From positions 640,001 through 704,000 of the forward strand of contig CAVSGM010000003.1 in NCBI GenBank assembly GCA_963727485.1: a stretch of 64,000 nt of DNA. Reading direction: 5' to 3'. Of this stretch, positions 60,302 through 64,000 are shown in pieces (the first letter of the stretch is position 1; each line of letters opens with the position of its first letter). Both the position numbers and the translations under genes were made by a program. The DNA is from an uncultured delta proteobacterium (GTDB lineage Bacteria; Myxococcota; Myxococcia; SLRQ01). Under the pieces are notes generated by a model that worked only from the letters and a program-made list of their open reading frames with translations, did no database searches and was not told the DNA's origin.

Positions 60302-61516
60302 CTACTCGTAGCGCAGGGCGTCGATGGGATCGAGCGCCGAGGCCTTGGCCGCCGGGTAGGTGCCGAAGATGACGCCCACGACGAAGGAGAAGCCGAAGCC
60401 GATGCCGATGGCCCAGGGTGGCACGTAGGCCGGGGGGAAGTTGGGGATCATGCTCGCCCCGAGGATCCCCAGGCCCCAGCCCAGGAGGATGCCGATGGCG
60501 CCGCCGAAGCACGAGAGGGCCACCGCCTCCACCAGGAACTGCACCAGGATGTCGCTGCGCCGGGCGCCCACCGCCTTGCGCACGCCGATCTCCCGGGTGC
60601 GCTCGGTGACCGAGACCAGCATGATGTTCATGATCCCGATGCCGCCGACGAGGAGCGAGATCCCCACCACCGCGCCGACCACGGCGGTGACCGAGCCGAG
60701 GATCTTGCCCACGGTCTTCTTCAGCTCCTCCTGGAGCTGCACCTCGAAGTCGTCGGGGGAGCCCTTGGCGAGGTGGTGGCGGCGCCGGAGGATCTGGGTG
60801 ATCTGCTCCTTGGCCAGCTCCACGTCGTCGGCGCTCTTCGCCTGGAAGGTGAGCACCAGCTGATCCAGGGCCTTGAGCCCGTAGAGGTCGCCGGCGGTGG
60901 TGATGGGCACCAGCACGGTTTCGTCGCGGTTCCGGCCGAACATCTGACCTTGCTTCTCCATCACCCCCACCACGGTGAGGGACATGGAGCCGAGGGTGAT
61001 CTCCTTGCCGATGGGGTTGGGCCCCAGGCCCAGGTTCTTCACCGTGTCCACGCCGACCAGGCAGACCTGGGCGTGGCGCTCCATGTCGATGGCGGAGAAG
61101 AAGCGGCCCCGGGCCACCCACTGGTTGTCCACCTCCTGGTGGGAGGCGCCGGCGCCGATGACGGTCACGTCGTCCTGGCGGTCCCGGTAGTGGACGGTGC
61201 CAGAGCGGTAGAGGCTCGGGTCGAAGGCGGAGATGGCGGTCGCCTCGCTGGCGATGGCCTTGCCGTCGTCGTAGGTGAGCTTCACGTCCCGGCCGGCGGC
61301 GGTGGGGTTGTTTCGGTCGAACTTGGGGAACACCTGGATGAAGGTGGAGCCCACCCCCTCGAGCTGGCCGGAGATGGTCTGGTTGAGCCCCTGGACGATG
61401 GACACCACCCCGATGACCGCGCCCACGCCGATGATGATGCCCAGGGTGGTGAGCACCGAGCGCATCTTGTTGGCGCGCAGGGCGGCGAAGGCGATGCGGA
61501 TGTTGTCGAAGATCAT
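60302..61516 (-). CDS. MacB/FtsX-family ABC transporter permease
   Basis: [49 protein letters not shown]. Confidence 0.95.
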   Translation of the reverse strand: MIFDNIRIAFAALRANKMRSVLTTLGIIIGVGAVIGVVSIVQGLNQTISGQLEGVGSTFIQVFPKFDRNNPTAAGRDVKLTYDDGKAIASEATAISAFDPSLYRSGTVHYRDRQDDVTVIGAGASHQEVDNQWVARGRFFSAIDMERHAQVCLVGVDTVKNLGLGPNPIGKEITLGSMSLTVVGVMEKQGQMFGRNRDETVLVPITTAGDLYGLKALDQLVLTFQAKSADDVELAKEQITQILRRRHHLAKGSPDDFEVQLQEELKKTVGKILGSVTAVVGAVVGISLLVGGIGIMNIMLVSVTERTREIGVRKAVGARRSDILVQFLVEAVALSCFGGAIGILLGWGLGILGASMIPNFPPAYVPPWAIGIGFGFSFVVGVIFGTYPAAKASALDPIDALRYE

Positions 61517-62202
61517 GCCGAGAGCTCCGCGGCCTCATCGTCGACGATGCGGCCGTCGCGGATGTGGATTTGGCGCCTGGCCTGCTTGGCGATGTCCGGC
61601 TCGTGGGTCACCAGGATGATGGTGTTGCCCTGGCGGTGGAGCTCGGAGAACAGCGCCATGATGTCCAGGGAGGTCTTGGAGTCGAGGTTCCCGGTGGGCT
61701 CGTCGGCCAGCAGGATCGACGGCCGGTTCACCAGGGCCCTGGCCACCGCCACCCGCTGGCGCTGGCCGCCGGAGAGCTCGTTGGGCCGGTGGTGAATCCT
61801 CGGGCCGAGGCCCACCTGCTCCAGGGCCTCCCGGGCGCGCTGGCGGCGCTCGGCGTGGGGCATCCGGGCGTAGACCAGCGGCAGCTCCACGTTGAGGAGC
61901 GCGGTGCTCCGGGAGAGCAGGTTGAAGCTCTGGAACACGAAGCCGATCTCCTGGTTCCGGATCCGCGCCAGCTCGTCGTCGTCGAGGGTGCTGACCTCGT
62001 GGCCGTTCAAGACGTAGGTGCCCGAGGTGGGGGTGTCGAGGCAGCCGAGGAGGTTCATCAGGGTGGACTTTCCGGAGCCCGAGGCGCCGGTGATGGCCAC
62101 GTACTCCCCCCGGTCGATGTCGAGGTCGACCCCGTCGAGGGCGTGCACCTCGGTGTCGCCCATCACGTAGGTCTTGTGGAGGTCGCGGATCTCGATGAGC
62201 AT
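61513..62202 (-). CDS. ABC transporter ATP-binding protein (MacB/LolD-type)
   Basis: [31 protein letters not shown]. Confidence 0.96.
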   Translation of the reverse strand: MLIEIRDLHKTYVMGDTEVHALDGVDLDIDRGEYVAITGASGSGKSTLMNLLGCLDTPTSGTYVLNGHEVSTLDDDELARIRNQEIGFVFQSFNLLSRSTALLNVELPLVYARMPHAERRQRAREALEQVGLGPRIHHRPNELSGGQRQRVAVARALVNRPSILLADEPTGNLDSKTSLDIMALFSELHRQGNTIILVTHEPDIAKQARRQIHIRDGRIVDDEAAELSA

Positions 62203-63461
62203 CAGTGGGCCTCGACCTTCACCCCGCCGGCCTTGGCCACCGCCTCGGGCTTCGCGCCCGCCTGCTTGGTGGTCTTCTCCACGTGGATCTCGTGGCCGGC
62301 GCGCAGGGCCTTGAGGGTCCGGTAGGGGCCGACGATGACCGGGTCGCCGACCTTGAGGCCGCTGACCACCTCCACGTGGAGCTCGTCGGAGATGCCGGTC
62401 TTGACCTTGGTGAGCGCCGCCTTGCCCTGCTCGGCGAGGTAGATGACGTCGGTGTCCTTGCTGGCGCCGGCGCTGTCGCTGGCCATCTCCTTGCCCTGCT
62501 TGTCGAGGGTCCGCTTGACCACCGCCTGGATGGGCACCGCGATGACGTCCTGGTGGACGGCGGTGACGATGTCGACCTTGGCGGTCATCGCCGGCTTGAG
62601 CGCCGGGTTGGGGTGGTCGAGGGCGATCTTCACCTTGAAGCGCACCACGCCGCTGGCGTCCTTGTCGCCGGACGACGCGATGTCGATGACGTGGCCCTCG
62701 AGGGTCTGGTCGGCCAGGGCGTCGACGTGGACGTGGGTGAGCTGGCCGAGCTTGACCTCGGGGACGTCGATCTCGTTGACGTCCACCTGGGCCTCGAGCC
62801 GCGACATGTCGGCGACGACCATCATCTTGGAGCCCGGGAGGTTCATGGTCCCGGGGACCACCGACTCGCCCTGCTCCACGTCGAGGCGGACGATCTTGCC
62901 GGCCATGGGCGCCGCGATGGTGGTCTGCTGCAGGCTCTCCTGGGCCCGGTCGAGGGCGTAGCGCTGCTGCTGCACCGCCTGCTTCTGGCTCTCGACGTCC
63001 ACCGTCGCCAGGTCGGCCTTGAGCTTGGCCTGGTCGTACTCGTTCTGGCTGACGTGCTGGCCCTTGTAGAGCTGGGTCATGAGCCGGAGGTTGCGGTTGG
63101 CGTCGGCGAGGGTCGCCTGGGCCCGCTGGACCCCGATCTGCGCCTGCTGGAGGGCGGCGCGGGCCTGGTCCCGGGCGGCCTTGTAGGTGTCCCGCTCGAT
63201 CTGCGCCAGGACCTGGCCCTTCTTGACCATCTGCCCCTCGACCACCGGGAGGTCGACGATCTCGCCGCCGACCTTGGCGGAGATCTCCACCTTCTTGGTG
63301 GGCTCGATCTCGCCGGAGGCCTTCACCAGCCGCGAGATGGTCATCTTGCCGGCGGGCTGGACGTCGACGGCGACCCCGGACTTGTGGGAGCCGGCGAGGC
63401 TGGCGGCGACGACGCCGCCGATGACGACGACGAGGCCGACGCCGATGAGGATCTTCTTCAT
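62202..63461 (-). CDS. MacA/HlyD-family periplasmic adaptor subunit
   Basis: N-terminal [13 protein letters not shown], coiled coil, IAAPMAG, LKPAMTA, SGLKVGD. Confidence 0.92.
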   Translation of the reverse strand: MKKILIGVGLVVVIGGVVAASLAGSHKSGVAVDVQPAGKMTISRLVKASGEIEPTKKVEISAKVGGEIVDLPVVEGQMVKKGQVLAQIERDTYKAARDQARAALQQAQIGVQRAQATLADANRNLRLMTQLYKGQHVSQNEYDQAKLKADLATVDVESQKQAVQQQRYALDRAQESLQQTTIAAPMAGKIVRLDVEQGESVVPGTMNLPGSKMMVVADMSRLEAQVDVNEIDVPEVKLGQLTHVHVDALADQTLEGHVIDIASSGDKDASGVVRFKVKIALDHPNPALKPAMTAKVDIVTAVHQDVIAVPIQAVVKRTLDKQGKEMASDSAGASKDTDVIYLAEQGKAALTKVKTGISDELHVEVVSGLKVGDPVIVGPYRTLKALRAGHEIHVEKTTKQAGAKPEAVAKAGGVKVEAH

Positions 63462-63481
63462 GGGAAGGCTCCGAGAGCGGA

Positions 63482-64000
63482 TCAGGAGAAGGCGTGACGG
63501 AGGGCGACGATGCCGACGTGGCCCGCCACGTAGACCAGCCACAGCCCGCCGACCAGGATTGTGGCCCGGGCCTGCTTGATCCGGGCCACGATTGCCAGGC
63601 CCATGGCGACGAGCACCAGGGACCAGAGGGTGAACACGTCGATGGACCCGGCGAGGGTGTGGAGCACCGGGCTCGCCGAGTCGGGAAGGAAGGCGCCGAG
63701 GTTGGACTTCACCAGGCCTTGGACCGCGTCGGCGGTGAGCATCCCCGCGCGGCTCGCCAGGATGGAGACGATGATCCCGCCGACCACCGCCGCGGGTAGG
63801 AACGCGTGGGAGACGGTGGACAGGACTCGCATGAAGCCGGTGTCCGAGCCCATCAGCTTCACCCCCAGCCAGAACACCAGGCCGAGGATGAGGAAGACGA
63901 CGGGGGTGGCGACCGCGCCGAAGGCCAGGCCCACGTACTTGAACTTGTTGGCGTTGGCGAGGACCTTGTCCATCTGGGCGTCGGGGATCTTGTTGCCGCT
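63482..64000 (-). CDS. YIP1-family membrane protein (5' end outside the window)
   Basis: Four to five TM segments, SNLGA...[11 protein letters not shown]; upstream of the MFP-ABC-permease genes. Confidence 0.7.
   Translation of the reverse strand, partial: SGNKIPDAQMDKVLANANKFKYVGLAFGAVATPVVFLILGLVFWLGVKLMGSDTGFMRVLSTVSHAFLPAAVVGGIIVSILASRAGMLTADAVQGLVKSNLGAFLPDSASPVLHTLAGSIDVFTLWSLVLVAMGLAIVARIKQARATILVGGLWLVYVAGHVGIVALRHAFS

Overview
A very GC-rich bacterial chromosomal window, most likely Myxococcota or a relative. The evidence is MYXO-CTERM-type sorting signals, Cys-rich lipoproteins and the tsaB-DUF465-asd-barrel-truA gene order. It holds about 51 genes, mostly housekeeping and envelope functions. 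These include a transglutaminase, rluC, a TolC/MFP/CusA heavy-metal efflux operon, PBP1A, a deacetylase, an MCP, aat and tatBC. Metabolic genes include a five-gene mevalonate operon (fni-mvk-mvaD-PMK-mvaA), leuB-thiolase-leuA-like, ilvA, two glucosidases, an acyl-CoA dehydrogenase, uppS-cdsA-tsaB, asd and truA. There is also a dual-domain peptidoglycan hydrolase, a giant acidic disordered protein, a Tat/GMC oxidoreductase pair and a Yip1/MFP/ABC exporter. I saw no tRNA, rRNA, CRISPR array or mobile element. Six genes carry small frameshifts, nearly all single-base insertions, which most likely reflect sequencing or assembly error. The most interesting signals are: (1) a His/Cys-rich leader ORF ending RAPKHGPP, followed by a four-hairpin spacer that hides the tolC ribosome-binding site (candidate metal-sensing translational control); (2) an apparent polyprotein with an internal MYXO-CTERM signal followed directly by a second signal peptide and an outer-membrane barrel; (3) a ~150-nt structured RNA leader before the DUF465 gene; (4) a near-perfect Bacillus-type FadR operator before the acyl-CoA dehydrogenase; and (5) evenly spaced linear motifs in the disordered protein. 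All family calls come from recognising motifs by eye; no database search was run.
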